A DNA stretch of 64,000 bases, taken from Octopus vulgaris. Lineage: Eukaryota. The notes beneath the pieces were generated by a model. It made no database searches. It was not told the DNA's origin and worked only from the letters and a program-made list of their open reading frames with translations. Position numbers and translations under genes: made by a program. The stretch is taken from the NCBI GenBank assembly GCA_951406725.2, contig OX597816.1:1116001-1180000 (forward strand), in the 5' to 3' direction. Shown here piece after piece: positions 1 to 14,319 of the stretch (position 1 is the first letter of the stretch; each line of letters begins with the position of its first letter).

Positions 1-349
1 TTGCCCATGCCGTTTGAACCCACGTCTCTTGGAGTAATTTCTCTGCAATAAAATACAGCTGGTGCTGTTTCACGTTTATATACACATTACAAATCGGTAT
101 TTTATTCTAAGGCTGTTTCAATTTACCTAAAATGGATGACTCACGCATAAATCTGTTTTGCATACCGATTTCTGTATTAAACAAGCTTTTTCGGTTTAAA
201 TCAGATTGTCTGGGGTATTTGTTCACCGAGGGAGACCAATCGAAAGATCGTGTCTGTCGATCCAGATTTGAATGATGAACAAAGCAAAATGATTACTTTC
301 ACGGTCATACTACGAAGCACGTGGTCAGTCAAAATTAACTCTAAATTAG

Positions 350-361
350 CATACATACAAG

Positions 362-393
<32 letters not shown>

Positions 394-420
394 CATACAT
401 ACATACATACATACATACAT
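350..420. repeat. (CATA)n microsatellite
   Basis: Direct tandem CATA units. Confidence 0.95.
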
Positions 421-725
421 AAATTTAGTAGATGGAAACTATGTGGAAGCCCATGGAAACTATGTGGAAGCCCATGGAAACTATGTGGAAGCCCGTCGTA
501 CACGAATGCATTTCTTTATGTTTACGTTTGTTCCTCACCGGTAGGGAACAAACCGGTGCTGGTTTGTTTACGTCTCCGTAACTTAGTGATTCGGACAAAG
601 AGTCCGATAGAACGGGTGCTAAACTTCAAGAAAATAGGTCCTTGGGGCGATTTGTTCAACTAAACCCTTCAAGACGGTGCTCCAGCATGGCTGCAATCTC
701 GAGACTGAAACAAGTAAAAGATGAA
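421..725 (+). mobile_element. SINE family B (tRNA-derived, CORE-like), 5'-truncated, with an internal 21-bp triplication
   Basis: Matches body and tail of the fuller copy at 24454-24846 (gtaacttag...gatttgttcaactaa...ggtgctccagcatggc...gactgaaacaagtaaaag); atggaaactatgtggaagccc repeated 3x at 432-494. Confidence 0.8.
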
Positions 726-803
726 AGTTATATGATTGTATGCATGTATGGATGAATGGATGGATATATGTACATATATACATACATACATACATACATA
801 CAT

Positions 804-846
<43 letters not shown>

Positions 847-850
847 TATA

Positions 851-1200
851 ATTCAGAGATGAGAATCAGATATTCTCCGTATAGAGAATATCTGATTTTC
901 CATCCTTGAACTTCTTTCTTTTAACACCTCAAATGTAAGATCTCTTCCCTTAAGATGGAGGCTCATCTCATCCTATGATGGAATCAATCTACAAACATTA
1001 TTGTGGACCCCTGAGCCCCCAGAAACAGCTGTTGAATCTGTAATACTTTTCTCCAATCCCTTTAATCGTCTACATTATTTGTCTTCTGTGTTAGTCGGAC
1101 GGTTTTTGTATTTAAATATATATATATCTTCTATTTTTTTGTATTTCACGTATTTAATATACTTTGTATATTGATCTGTCTAAATGGCTTATCGCTACAC
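851..1200 (+). mobile_element. Penelope-like pLTR remnant with 5' fold-back and degenerate hammerhead
   Basis: Inverted repeat 861-877/884-900 (16 of 17 match); cttaaga (949-955), stem tggaggctca/tgagccccca, then gaaa-cagctg-tt (1022-1033). Confidence 0.5.
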
Positions 1201-1360
1201 TGTGTGTGTGTGTGGTATATGTCTGTTAGCTAATGCAAACAGGAAAAATAGAACTTAGAACTTGTGTATATATACTTGTAACTTTTGCCGATAAAAATAG
1301 AAAATATATACAATGTGTGCCTAGATGTGTGTGTGTGTGTGCATGTATATATGTGTATGT

Positions 1361-1394
<34 letters not shown>

Positions 1395-2147
1395 AACTAC
1401 CATTAACATTAAATGTTGTAGATACAACACTGAATTCTTCCGTCTGGTGCCGTGGAACTGGAACAACTGTTCCCAGTGAACCTCATCCACTTCTCTGCTA
1501 ATTGCAAGAGTTGAACTTAGTCCTATCAGCTAAAGAAATGTACCTCAACATTTTATGGTACTACCGCTAATTATGGTCATAGTTGGCTGTTTCTACATTG
1601 CACCTGTCTAGTCAAGTACACTGAAACCATTCTAGAATTTACTTAACAAACAATCATAAACAGATCACATCTTACTTCGTTGTCTATTTTATTTCTACTT
1701 CATTTTATTGCTTCTTTTCTCGTTTAGAAATCTTTTTCCAACTTTCTACTCGTTTCGTTGTCTGAACGCTGAGAAAAACGTTAAGCTTTTTTCATGGTCT
1801 GTAATAAACAGCTTTCTGTAATTTCTCTAGTATTTTGGCTTTAATTGAGTTCAGGACTAATTAATCCATAGGTAATTTTGCTTGTACCAATAGCTTGGGA
1901 CTCTAGAAATAGTTATGATACCGAGATATATAGTCACTTGCTTTTGTTCTTAGTACAAGACTTCAGTTCTGTCATCGTGATTAGTTTATGAGATTTGCAC
2001 GAAAGCCCAATGTTCAGAATGCTAAATAGTTTTCATCGGTTCCCCATTTCGATACCTCCCTGCTCCGAGTTCAAATGCTGCTCTCAGTTTTATTTTTAAT
2101 CATTCCGTAATCAATATATCGATATGTATGTAGCAATAACATAAAAT

Positions 2148-2374
2148 GGTTTCAAATTTTGGCACAAGGCCAGCAATTTCGAGGGTGGGGTTAAGTCAAT
2201 TACATCGACCCCAGTGCTCAACTGGTACTTATTTTATTAATACCCCACTTCCATCCAAATAGATGAAAGGAAAGACGACCACGGCAGAATTTGAACTCAG
2301 AACATAAAGACAGACGAAATGCTGCTGAGCATCATTTTGTCCATCGTGCTAACGATTCTGCCAGCTCGCCGCCT
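2148..2374 (-). mobile_element. SINE family A (tRNA-derived)
   Basis: Reverse strand reads ggcggcgagctggcagaatcgttag (A-box-like) ... ctgagttcaaatt (B-box-like) ... ggggtcgatgtaat ... ggccttgtgccaaaatttgaaacc; many homologues in the window. Confidence 0.85.
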
Positions 2375-3480
2375 TTATGTATCGGTTTCAAATTTGGGCA
2401 CAACGTCTGCAAGTTCGGGGCTACTACACGAAGACACCACTAACATCTGCCAAACTTTACTAGCGCCATGTCAATGAACGTTCAAAATATGGGAGGCTTT
2501 TTCTTTTTGTTGCATCCTGTATATTTTCTGCAAACGAAAATGATCTTGTTTGCATAAGTATGGGAACGAACTTTGCCTAAAAGGTGCAGACCCAGGTCCA
2601 ATTTTTATTTTTTTTACAAAGGTCGATTTTTTCAATCTCAATATCAAAACAAACACAGATTTAATCATTATCATGACTATTATATTTGTACATCGATGAA
2701 ATCAGATAAATCCAATAATGGAAAAGTAATGCTTGAAATCAATCCAAAATATTTCTACGCTCCTATGTTTTGACGATGAAATTTTTTAGGGGGATTTTCA
2801 ATGTGGTTTCATTGCCCCCCCCCCCCCCGCCAAATTTTAGTGGGTTCACTTACAACACCTGTATCTCCTTTCCCCGAGCTTATACTTGCCAAAAAATTAT
2901 TTTTATTATGACAAGACGTCCGAAGTCCTGTAGGTTATATTGTTAATCGATATACCAATCAATATATTTTAGTAACCTGTCGGAATCAATTCAATTGATA
3001 ATATATCTCTCTTGCTGATAAAAATTATCTTATCTCTCGGCAATAGAAATTATGTTTTGGTGTTGGAGGACGGCCAACTCCAATTGTAAAATCTTGAGTT
3101 TCTATCCCCGGTGGGAGTCACACCACTTCACTTATGTTCTTATTCTTCTTAGGAGATTCTTTAAAAATGGTGTAAATGCCAAAACTTAGCAAATCAATTA
3201 CTTTCTATAATCAACAAATTCAATTTCATATGCTTCGCCTGTAAAAGCAAATGCGTAAACGTCAACCACGTGATATAATAAGCATAATCATTGTTGTGGT
3301 AATTGTTGCTGTCCTGCTCAACAGTGTTTTAAACAAAGCATGACTCGCCCTCCACCCCGCCGGCTAATTTTCATATTAAATCAACCTTAGAATATTACTG
3401 ATATTCATGTTATGTATCCTAGAAGGATTTAAAACAAAGATGGACACGGCAGGTTTTCAATTCAGAAAAGTGAAGAATAA

Positions 3481-3656
3481 CCGTATTTGATGGCCTAAAA
3501 GATGCACGAGCGTATTAGACACATCCCAATTTCAGCAGCGCATTTTCAGTTTTTTCCCAATTTTTAGTACATTAAAGTACGCAATGTAGGCCACAACTTC
3601 ACATTTTTAAAGCTTTTTAAAAAAGAAGTGCATCTTATAAGATAACCAGATTACGC
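3481..3656. mobile_element. Short Tc2/pogo-like MITE
   Basis: Imperfect TIRs ccgtatttgatggcctaaaagatgcac / gtgcatcttataagataaccagattacg. Confidence 0.45.
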
Positions 3657-3754
3657 CAAACATTCCAGACTCATCTGTTAATGATGACTTTTTCCTACTC
3701 AAAACAGATACGGTTCATATTTATTAGGCATTGATTTAAAAACCAAATACACAC

Positions 3755-3764
3755 GAGAGAGAGG

Positions 3765-3851
<87 letters not shown>

Positions 3852-3858
3852 GGAGAGG

Positions 3859-3895
<37 letters not shown>

Positions 3896-3907
3896 CGGAG
3901 AGGGAGG

Positions 3908-3944
<37 letters not shown>

Positions 3945-3952
3945 CGGAGAGG

Positions 3953-4010
<58 letters not shown>
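3755..4010. repeat. (GA)n microsatellite, ~255 bp, interrupted
   Basis: Direct observation. Confidence 0.95.
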
Positions 4011-4013
<3 letters not shown>

Positions 4014-4322
4014 TGTAATGCTGCAGTGCACTCACAAATATAATGGAAGCAATGTGGTTGATATTTGTAGAGTAACTTTAGAAGGAGAGAAACTTATCAG
4101 ATTTTATAAAAGAACTCACAGAAAAGTCAGAACAAGGTGGACTTATCCTCCAAAACGTATTAATGAGCTTCTCTTTCTTGTCATATTTACATAATAGTAA
4201 CAAACAATTCCAAACTTGTAATATTTGGTTACAGTGATTGTTAAAGTTCATTGTGATGAGGGAATATAGAATTTCATATTAATTAAAAGAAGTTGGGTCA
4301 AGACGAATATCTAGTCGATTCT

Positions 4323-4370
4323 GTTGCTAGGCAACACATCGACCAATAAATAACATGTTGTCATAGTAAC
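4323..4370. promoter_or_regulatory. Two RFX X-box-like motifs flanking a CCAAT box
   Basis: gttgctaggcaac (4323-4335), ccaat (4343-4347), gttgtcatagtaac (4357-4370) in non-repetitive sequence. Confidence 0.4.
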
Positions 4371-4780
4371 TTTTCAATTAATGAATTCATTGCACAGAAC
4401 TTTTAGATATTTACACGGCTTTTATATATAAATCTCCCCCACCACGCACACTCCTCCTCCTCCTCCTCCTCTTGCTTCTTCTTTCCATCTTAGTTTTACA
4501 ACTTTTTACGGTTTAATTTGAAAAGATATTAAAATGATTTGGGTGTTATCAAAGACAACACTGCAGCCGTTGCGGTAAACACCTGGTGAGCTAAATTTGC
4601 GACCCGTTTTCCATATTTAGTTGGAACCACATCACTTTCTTTATTCTTCCAGTCAGTGGCTATGGTCCTAGAACTAAATCATGTCTAACTTTTGGCAAAT
4701 CCCCGAAGTGGCGACAACTATGCGTTCATCTCTCACAGAGACTTAATAACTAGCTTCTTTGCTTGTTGTACACACACACA

Positions 4781-4861
<81 letters not shown>

Positions 4862-5474
4862 TCTCCCCTTCCCCCTCTCTCTCTCTCTGTAAGGGATCAA
4901 TAACTCATATTATCAAAGTAGCTATTCAAAATCAGCATTTCTCAACCCTTATTTATTTCTGTTTTCTTCCATGATGTCATATCCAACTAATGAAATCTTC
5001 TTAGATACAGAACAGGCAGAGTGGTCACTACTGGATTGTTTTTGATCACAAGGTGAGAGATGACCTGGACCTAATAAACTGGTAGTTAAACAATGAGAGA
5101 ATGAGAGGAGAAAACGAAATTCAGAAATTGAAAGAGAATATACAAAGAGGCGGCTGAGGGGTAGAATCGTTGAAACATCGAAAACGCCTTTTCCTATTCT
5201 TGTGTTACGCTCCTTTAATGTTCTGGCAGTAATTTTCGCTTTCGTCTTTCCAGAATCGGAGAAAATAATGCACGTGAGGTTAGTTTAATCCATTTCTGGT
5301 TTATATCCCACTTGTAAAAGGTTTGGTGTTACAATGTCGCCGAAAACTCTCCCTCGACCATAGGAAGCAGGCGACAGATGGACATTGATGATACACGTTG
5401 GTTGAAGAACTTTATGATTTGTCACATCTGGATTGTCAAGCTGTAACCCTCTGGATTTCAACTATCATTTAGTC

Positions 5475-5540
<66 letters not shown>

Positions 5541-6342
5541 CACACAAAAACTTCCTTTTTCTCTCTCTAAAGCAGACCTCGCTAAAATCGAAAAGGATAA
5601 CGCAAAATAAAAAGAATCTAATATATGAAATGGTCATCAATACTTAATGATTTAGACCTGTGTCTAATTAATATTTGCGTGAATAATTGGTCTCCTGATT
5701 ATTACTTCTTATAGTCTCAAAGATAAATAATAAACCTCTCGAAATAAACTGCATTTTTTTTAAAGTCCTCCGGGTCTTCTCCTCCTTCCCTCTCCGCCTA
5801 CTCCTTTTCCCGTTCTCTTCTATTCTCCCTCCTCCTCTCTTAATCCTCCACTTCCTCCTCCTCCTCCTCCTCCTCTCTTAATCCTCCTCTTCCCTTTACT
5901 TCTTTCAAGAAGTGAATTATATTACATACACTTTATCAAAGACTTTCCGTTCGGTTTCCTCTTTTTTCTTGTTGTTGTCGCCGTCGTCGTCGTCGTTGTC
6001 CGTGTCGTTGTCGGTGCTGGCGATTGGGTGGGAAAGAAAGGGACGGGACGTTTTAACACCCTGAGCTGCTTTGATTTCAGATAACATTTCTCACGAACAT
6101 TCATCTCGATCGAAGCAAGAGAACAAACAAAAAGCAACAACAACGACATCTAACACGAATCAATCATTTATCTTTATAAAAACACACAAATGGAAGGATT
6201 AGCTTAATCTTTATGCATACTACAAATAGGTTTCAAACAAAAGAGGTACACACGACCGAAAAATAGGCTCCAAAGGAAAAGGCGCTGCTATTTGCGCTCG
6301 ATTGACGTAAATATCACCTTCATTATGGAATATAAATATACC

Positions 6343-6413
<71 letters not shown>

Positions 6414-6428
6414 GCTCGCCCGCTTCAG

Positions 6429-6552
<124 letters not shown>

Positions 6553-7369
6553 CTGTCTATCTATCTATCTAGCATTCTCTTTCGTATCAATCGATCTGTG
6601 TTTAAATAGTGTGTACGTGTAATTGTCTGAAAATAAAAACGTCGGAAGAAAAGGTGTGAAAGACAAGAACATCAACAACATCAACGACGACATTAAGAAT
6701 AAGAAGAAAAAAAAACATTTAATAAGAGGAAAGAAACGAGAGAAAACGAAAACAAGTCAAGAAAAATAGGAACAAATAAATATAAACATAGACTAAAAAA
6801 TAAAGATGAAGGAAAATTCGTCTCAGGTAACAAGGATTGAGTTTAGAAGATCATCGCCATTTTGAGTCAGTGATATGTGACGTCATTTTCAATTTTGCTT
6901 CCTTGTCTCATCCTCCCTCTGCATTCCTCGAATGTTCTTAGAGTGTTGATGGCAAATGCATTTATACAGTACCAGCTGTATATAATAGTGATTTCTAAGA
7001 GTGACTCAAGGCAAAGAAACATTCGATTATATCGGCCACAGTACACGGCTGATATGCTTTTATCGATCTTAGAAGAATGAAAGGTATATTTGGCCTCGGT
7101 GAGATTTGAACTCGAGAAACAAAGAGACGGAAGGAATAATCCAAGGTATTTTTCGCTAACCCCTAATGATCATGCCAATTCTTCACTCTTAAAAGAACCG
7201 ACACCAATACGAGACTGATATTTTATTGATTGACCCCAGAAAAATGAGATGTGAAATTGACTTGGACATTATTTGAACTAACAACGTAAAGAGCTGTAAC
7301 TAAGTACCGCAATATATTTTGCCCGACGCTCTGAGGGTTCTACCAAGCCATCATCCAATAATAATTGAG

Positions 7370-7942
7370 TGAATGCAGAAAACTGGCACAAAAAGAGTAT
7401 AAGCGCAGGTACGACTGTGTAAGTAAAAGAGTGCACAGGGATGTTAACCGCGTGTGCAAATTCCAAAGTAGCAGAAAAGTGGTTTGAGCACAAGAAATTA
7501 GGCTGTGATAACGAATAATAATTATGGAATTTTATGGGCCAGATATGATTATAGAAGGAGAAAAACCAAACAAACTGTGTAAAATGGTCTTGAGAAAATT
7601 GAGAAATATCAGGACTTAGCCGGAGAGAGAGGAAGAGATTTTGGAAGACTACGATGGCACAGTCGACCACAGTAGAATTTGAATAATATGGACGATAAAA
7701 AAGGTGGTAGTAGTTCCAATAATTGTCGGAGTTCTGGGAACAGTGAGTAAAAATCTACTTTGGTGAACCAACAATTGCTTCTAATAAGGGTGGAACACTT
7801 GCAGAAAACAGCACTACTTGGAACCGCTCGAATACTCCGGATGGTGCTCGAAAAATAAGGGGTGTTACCTTAGTTCACTGGTAATGAACAACTGGTACCG
7901 TAGTACATCTCCAGCGTTAGAAGCTGTGCAAAGGCAATAAAA
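7370..7942 (+). mobile_element. R4/Dong-like LINE 3' fragment (restriction-like endonuclease region)
   Basis: Encodes VVVVPIIVGVLGTVSKNL and HLQKTALLGTARILRMVLE; followed by (ACT)n(AAT)n tail. Confidence 0.8.
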
Positions 7943-7960
7943 TACTACTACTACTACTAT

Positions 7961-8027
<67 letters not shown>

Positions 8028-8140
8028 TGATACTTGTGTAAAGAAAGAAAACTTAAAGAGGAAAAGAAAACAAAAAAAGAAACGGCATGGAAGGAGAAGA
8101 ATATGTACGGTCAGTTTGCAAGAGATACGGACACCAAGAC

Positions 8141-8529
8141 AGTACATTTGCTTGACCATAACCAGTTGAGCATATCCCTTAGTGACTGAGGATATGTGCA
8201 TCTCTGTGGTGGAGCATCATAATCATGTGTTGAGAGGAATTCTTTGGAATTTGAATAATTCACCTCTGGAAACATCGACGTTTCATTCAACATCCTTAAA
8301 CAACCATTATTCAGGAACCCTTTGTGGGGTATGGGCTACTTGACATGCAGAAAATTCTAACTGGGACCCACCTGCAAAATCATGCGCTGTTTATCTTGAT
8401 ATGAGATCACTGTGTCGTGCACATATGGTTGTGATGCACCCTTATCAGACGGGTAGCCATGATGGGTATACTGGGGTTCGTATATTTTACTCCAGTGTCC
8501 CTTTAATAGTATGCGCTGCTCTCTCACTC
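8141..8529. repeat. Unclassified interspersed repeat, copy 1 (homologous to 23339-23803)
   Basis: Shared blocks ccagttgagcat, gatatgtgcatctctg, gaataattcacctctggaaacat, gctgtttatcttgatatgagatcac. Confidence 0.8.
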
Positions 8530-8635
8530 AAGAAGAAGAAGAAGAAGAAGAAGAAGAAGAAGAAGAAGAAGAAGAAGAAGAAGAAGAAGAAGAAGAAGAA
8601 GAAGAAGAACAACAACAACAACAACAACAACAACA

Positions 8636-11371
8636 AGGAGGGGTAGTAGTCACCAGAAGATTAGACATTTCATAGGGAATCTCACAGGGAAAGATTAACA
8701 AAGAGCAAATGCGGAAAAGGAGACTACAAAATAAGTGAAGACTTTAAGACAAAGATCTGAGTAGAATAGTAGCCTGGAAAACAAGTTAGGAAGCACAAGA
8801 TGCAAATCTTCCCTCGAGAAAAGATACTTAGTCAAAGAGAAAGAATTTGGGACAGTAAAAGAAGAGTTGAAACAGCGTATGATAGCAGTAGCAGGCAAGC
8901 TACCCAGATATCAGAAAAGAATAGAAAGAATAGATCAGTATCAACAGAACAGATTATTTGAGACAGACCACAGGAGATTTTATAACCAAATAAATAATGG
9001 AGAACAAAGTACTGAAGATTAGAAACCTAATGCAGAAGAAGCTAGAAAGTTCTGGAGTAGTATTTGGGATAAACCAGCAAATCATAATAGAGATGCAGTA
9101 TGGTTAAAGAAAGTAAGGGAAGAAGTTGTGAGTGAGAAGCAGCCAGATCTAAGATTAACTAGTGCAGTAATGAGTAAATGCTGAATTGGAAAAGCCCAAG
9201 ACCAGATTTAGTTCAAGGGTACTGACTAAAGAAACTCAGTAGTTTACTTGGGGGGCTGAGGGAACAACTTCAGGATTGTCTTAATGAAGGAATAATATTG
9301 GATGACTAGAGGGAGGACAATATGAAAGATAAGAGAAAGGGTAATACAGCTAGCAACTATAGACCAATCACTTGCTTACCATTGGTGTGGAAGCTGTTAA
9401 CAGGAATGCCTTCAGAAAGTATTTACGATCACCTTAACAACCAGAATTTACAACCAGAAGAACAGAACGGTTGTAGGAAGGCTAGAGGAACGGATGACCT
9501 ATTTATTATATATAGACAAAGCAGTTCTAAATGAAGTAAAAGATAGAAAGAAAATTTTTTAAATAACATGGATAAATTAAAGGAAAGCCTATGACATGAT
9601 CCCACACTCATGGATAAGTCAATGTTTGAATATATTCAGTATAGCAGATAACCTAAGAGAATTAATTAACTTTAGCATGAAGAAATGGGAAGTAGATCTA
9701 TACTCAGGTGACACACCCATAGGGAAAGTTAATATCAAAAGAGGAATTTTCCAGGGGGACTTGTTGTTCCCTTTAATATTTGTTCTATGTTTGACCTCTC
9801 TCAGTTTAGTATTAAGGAAGGCAAACGCAGGGTATCAGTTCAGAAATAGTAAAGGAAAAAATAACCATTTGCTCTACATGGATGATCTGAAGCTTTTTGG
9901 AAAGAATGAAAAAGAGATAGATTCCTTAATGTAGACTGTAAGACTCTTGAGCTAAGACATGAGCATAGAATTTGGCAAAGATAAGTGTGTGATATTAGTC
10001 ATGAGAAGGGGACAGGTAGTCAACAGCGAAGACATCCAATTACCAGGTGGCCAGACATTAAAATCATTGAAAGAAGTAGAGGGTTATAAGTATCTAGGAG
10101 TACAAGAATCTGACAGAGTACTAACTATAGAAATGAAAACGAAAATTGAGAAGGAGTACATCAGAAGAGTAAGAAAGCTAATGAAATCAAAGCTAAATGG
10201 TCTGAATCTAATGAAGGCTGTAAATACTTGGATAATGTCATTACTTAGATACTCAGCAGCTTTTGTAGATTGGACAAAATCTGAATTAACGAAGCTAGAC
10301 AGAAGAACTGGAATGGAATTCAATATGAATAGAGGACACCATCCAAGAGCAGGAGTAGCAAGATTATACCTACCTAGAAAGGAAGGTGGAAGAGGGTTAG
10401 TATCAATGGAAGACTGCGTGGAGTTAGCTAGAGTAGATATAGACTCCTATAAAAAGTTTATTAAACGCTGCTAGAGTCACAGCAAGACATAGGGAAACCA
10501 AAACACCAAATGAACTTAAAAATTAAAAAACAGAACAGAAATTATCTGACTGGCAGGAGAAGGCATTGCATGGTAGATTCCCAAAGATAGTTTCAGTAAA
10601 CAGTGGTAGTGGGACATGGTTATGGCTGCAGAAGGGAAAGCTGAAGAGAGAGAGAGAAAGTTAGTTAGTAGCTGCACAAGATCAAGCATCAAGGGCAAAT
10701 TGGATAAAAGCCAAAATTGGCAAAGGCCAAGTAGATTTCCAATGTAGATTATGCAAATCGAAAGAGGAAAGCGTTACTCATAAAGTAAATGAATGTAGCA
10801 TGTTGGCACATAAAGAATACAAGAAAAGACATGAGAATCTAGGGAGAGCAATCCACTGAGAATTATGTAGAAAGCTAGGATTTGAGCATAGTAATAAATG
10901 GTATAAACATGAAGCTAGTAAAATACTAGAAAGTAAGAAGTACAAGATATTGTGGGACTTTAACATTTAGACTGACAAAGTAATTAAAGCTAGAAGGCCT
11001 GATTTAGTAGTAGTGGATAAGGACGATAGAAAGTGCCAGATAATTGACTTTACAATCCCAAACGTGAAAAAATCAATATGAGAAGTATAGAAAAGATTGC
11101 AAAGTACGAGGTCCTAGCTATTGAATTACAGAGACTATGGAAAGTGCAGGTAAAATGTATCCCAATAGCTATAGATGCATTGGGAACTATCCCTAAAGAT
11201 CTGAACAGATGGATAGAGGAGATAGGTATAAAATCCAGTTTAGTACAGCTGCAGAAAACAGTGTCATTAGGGACAGTTAGGATACTTAGGAGGGTTTTTA
11301 GTATCTAAGGTTACTTGTTGTAATCCGATGTTAGAATTATTTTCTTCTCCAACAGTCTAATCTGTTAAGTG

Positions 11372-11372
<1 letters not shown>
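8636..11372 (+). mobile_element. R4/Dong-like non-LTR retrotransposon, degraded, 5'-truncated
   Basis: NYRPITCLP (~9355), RGIFQGD, YMDD (9875-9886), GYKYLG, RLYLPRKEGGRGL, CCHC CRLC...H...C (10743-10796), RPD (10995-11003), QLQKTVSLGTVRILR; multiple stops and frameshifts; (AAT)n tail. Confidence 0.92.
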
Positions 11373-11426
<54 letters not shown>

Positions 11427-11429
11427 GTA

Positions 11430-11468
<39 letters not shown>

Positions 11469-11477
11469 GTAGTAGTA

Positions 11478-11533
<56 letters not shown>
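11373..11533. repeat. (AAT)n tract at the LINE 3' end
   Basis: Direct observation. Confidence 0.95.
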
Positions 11534-11534
<1 letters not shown>

Positions 11535-11609
11535 TGACTAAAGACTCCGGTTCATTTTTACTTACATTGTGTTACGAAAGAATAATAGTAATACCAATAG
11601 CAATAATAA

Positions 11610-11975
11610 TCTGACATTAATCGTCTATACATGAAGAGAGCAAATGGAAGAAGGGGACTGGTAAGTGTGGAAGACAGCGTGCGTATCGAACTCAAATGCT
11701 TAATGAGATACCTAGCCCAAAGTAAGGAAACCTTGCTATCGACAGTTATGAACGAGGGAGCATTGAGAGCAGAGAAAAAAGGGAAAACAACGTAAGAAGT
11801 ACAAAAAGGAAACGAAGAAGAATTACGCAACAATGGACTACTCAATGAATTACATGTAGCCACAACAGAAGTTGCTGGAAAAATAGGTAGGACCGGCTGA
11901 CAATAGGAACACTAAAAAAAGAGACCGAGGGCATTATACTGACATCGAAAAACCAAGTTTTGGCCACGAACTGGA
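11610..11975 (+). mobile_element. R4/Dong-like LINE internal fragment
   Basis: Encodes SDINRLYMKRANGRRGLVSVEDSV ... LKKETEG, homologous to the post-RT region of the neighbouring copies. Confidence 0.7.
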
Positions 11976-12317
11976 GGGTCAACCTGAGGAATGAGCAAGT
12001 GTCGGTAGAAGTGAGATAGAACTGGGTTGACCTCGGCTGAGTTAACCAAGCATAATTGGTCGAGTTGACAAGTATCTGGTTTCTGAGCTACATTTTTGGA
12101 GTAGATGCCCGGTGTGACTGGGGAAATGCTATAACTTTTCACAATGTTTCGTTCTGCTTCTTTTTACCAAGATCAAGTGAACCAGGACTATATAAACCTC
12201 CAGCACAAAAGACACTCTGCGCATCCGGCCAACATGTCGGAAGAGTCGTCAATATGATTACCAAGTGTAATAATCGGAGCGAAACCAATGGTAACGTTCT
12301 GACTAGTTATAAGTAGC

Positions 12318-12384
<67 letters not shown>

Positions 12385-13094
12385 TATGGGGACATGCACT
12401 GTGACAATGCGTCGCTGCATTCACTATTTGTTGGTGATTTCCTATTCCTGATAGATGACACCTTTCCACTATTCAGATGAAGCCCCTCCAACCCATGGGT
12501 CTGTTTAGGTAGTTGTTGCTGGTGAGGGTTTTACGAGTTCGGAGTGCAAATCCTAATTCAGCCTCTTTTACGATATGCAGAAGAACATGCTGGTTCCACA
12601 TAGCACAGTTATATGTCATAACCAGTAATATGCTGCTTGACAATATACATATAGACATATACACACACACACACACACACATATGCATATATGTATGTTA
12701 TGTATGTTATTTTATGTATGTATTTCTGTATGTTATGTTATGTTATGCAAGAATGAATATGTATGTTAAATAAGATTCATAAAGAATCGGGGCACATCAA
12801 CAGGAATGCATCGTTGATTGGAGAGACAGAGTCAAGCAGAGCAGACAGTGATGTAACCTATTATCAGTGCAGAAAGCATCGATGAAAACCAGACACTGTT
12901 CTTGAGTAATTCGAAATTCCAATTGTTTACAAATTAACCAACGAATAACAGAGCATCTGATGAGGCACGAAATAGTAATAAACGAACAAGCGAATGGATT
13001 TATTTAGAAATCAACTTATTACCCAATAAGTGATTAATTATCTTTATTTTCAATGTTGTCTGATGAGCATGAGAATTGCATAAGGTATGGTGTA

Positions 13095-14319
13095 CAGTAA
13101 ACACTCGCCATATCACGGTTCACATATCGCGTTCTTATCACGGTTCACCTATCGCGCTTTATCAAATTTCTCTGGCTATTATATGTAAATTTATATCGCG
13201 GGTTTCTGCGGCTGATAGGTATATATATATTTTTCTATTTTAATTATTTCTGTGGTAAAATAAGCATTTTCACGCCCAAAAATTAATAAATAAAAATACA
13301 GTACTATAGTGGATTTTGCAAGCACGAAGTGGATTCGATCCACCATAGCCAAATTTAAATGAACACTGCAACAGAACTTTCCCACGGTGGAAGAATGGTT
13401 TTTCTCTGACAGCAGTTTTACATTTCCCAGATGCCTTTAGCTCGGCCGAAATAAAGTCTTCACCACTTGACCCTTTCTAACCTCTTCTACTTCACCAAAA
13501 GCTAGAATAGAGATAACAAGACCACCAACTAAATCTATTGCTCTCAATGATATGTCTATCTTTCTGGATAGCTAAAGCAAGAATACCCCAAGCAAAAATC
13601 AATTAGTCATAGTCGGTGACGACTCAACGAGTCCAGTCACATGGTGACGACTCAACCAATTTGTCACTGCGGTGACAACGAAGTCTGGCTGACCAGCTAG
13701 AACCTTGGTCAGAGGGAGAAATGATGTTTACTGTTAGCAGCTGAGACCACACCCTACGAACTCTCACTAGCTCTTCTCTTCTCTTACAACATCATTCTAT
13801 CTTTCTCTGTGTTTACTACTAAACAATGAAGAGGACACAAACACAAACTTCGCATGCTTTTGGATTTATTATAACCTGCCCGTCGAGGCAAGGTATTTGT
13901 AAGGTAACAGTAAATAAATACTTTCTTTAAACTTTATGCATTGTTCATCTTTCACATCTTACAACTTGCCGTCATAACAACAAAATCAATTTCTCCCGTT
14001 ATAATTGGAGACCCTCGACTTCAACTAAAAACTTTATCGTTACAAATAATTATCGTTATAGTACAGTACTGCACTGTATAACACATTAATTAAATTATAT
14101 TAAAAGAAAATACGTACAGTGTACCGTAGATGAGTAAACAAAGAATCGCACATAGTGTGGGGGAAACGGAAATCGGGAGGCGAGTGAGGGGGGTGTTGCT
14201 TTGCATTTATAATAAAATAAATATATACAAATTACAAAAATAATCTAAAAATATACAGTACAATACTGTTTCTTCTTGACGGATTTTCATCTATCGCGGA
14301 GATAGTTGAGGGATTACTG
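13095..14319. mobile_element. Tigger/pogo-like non-autonomous DNA transposon with nested insertion
   Basis: TA|cagtaaacactcgccatatcacgg ... gatagttgagggattactg|TA: imperfect TIRs starting CAGT, TA target duplication. Confidence 0.6.
13317..14044 (+). mobile_element. Possible solo LTR nested in the Tigger-like element
   Basis: TG...cgttaCA ends, internal short direct repeats (ggtgacgactcaac x2), aataaa near 13914; no clear TSD. Confidence 0.35.

Noticed and set aside
2148-2374. tRNA genes
   Set aside because: A/B-box-like motifs belong to SINE heads; no cloverleaf is supported anywhere in the window.
12957-12980. ctgatgaggcacgaaa hammerhead-like core
   Set aside because: No stem I or stem III pairing can be drawn around it.
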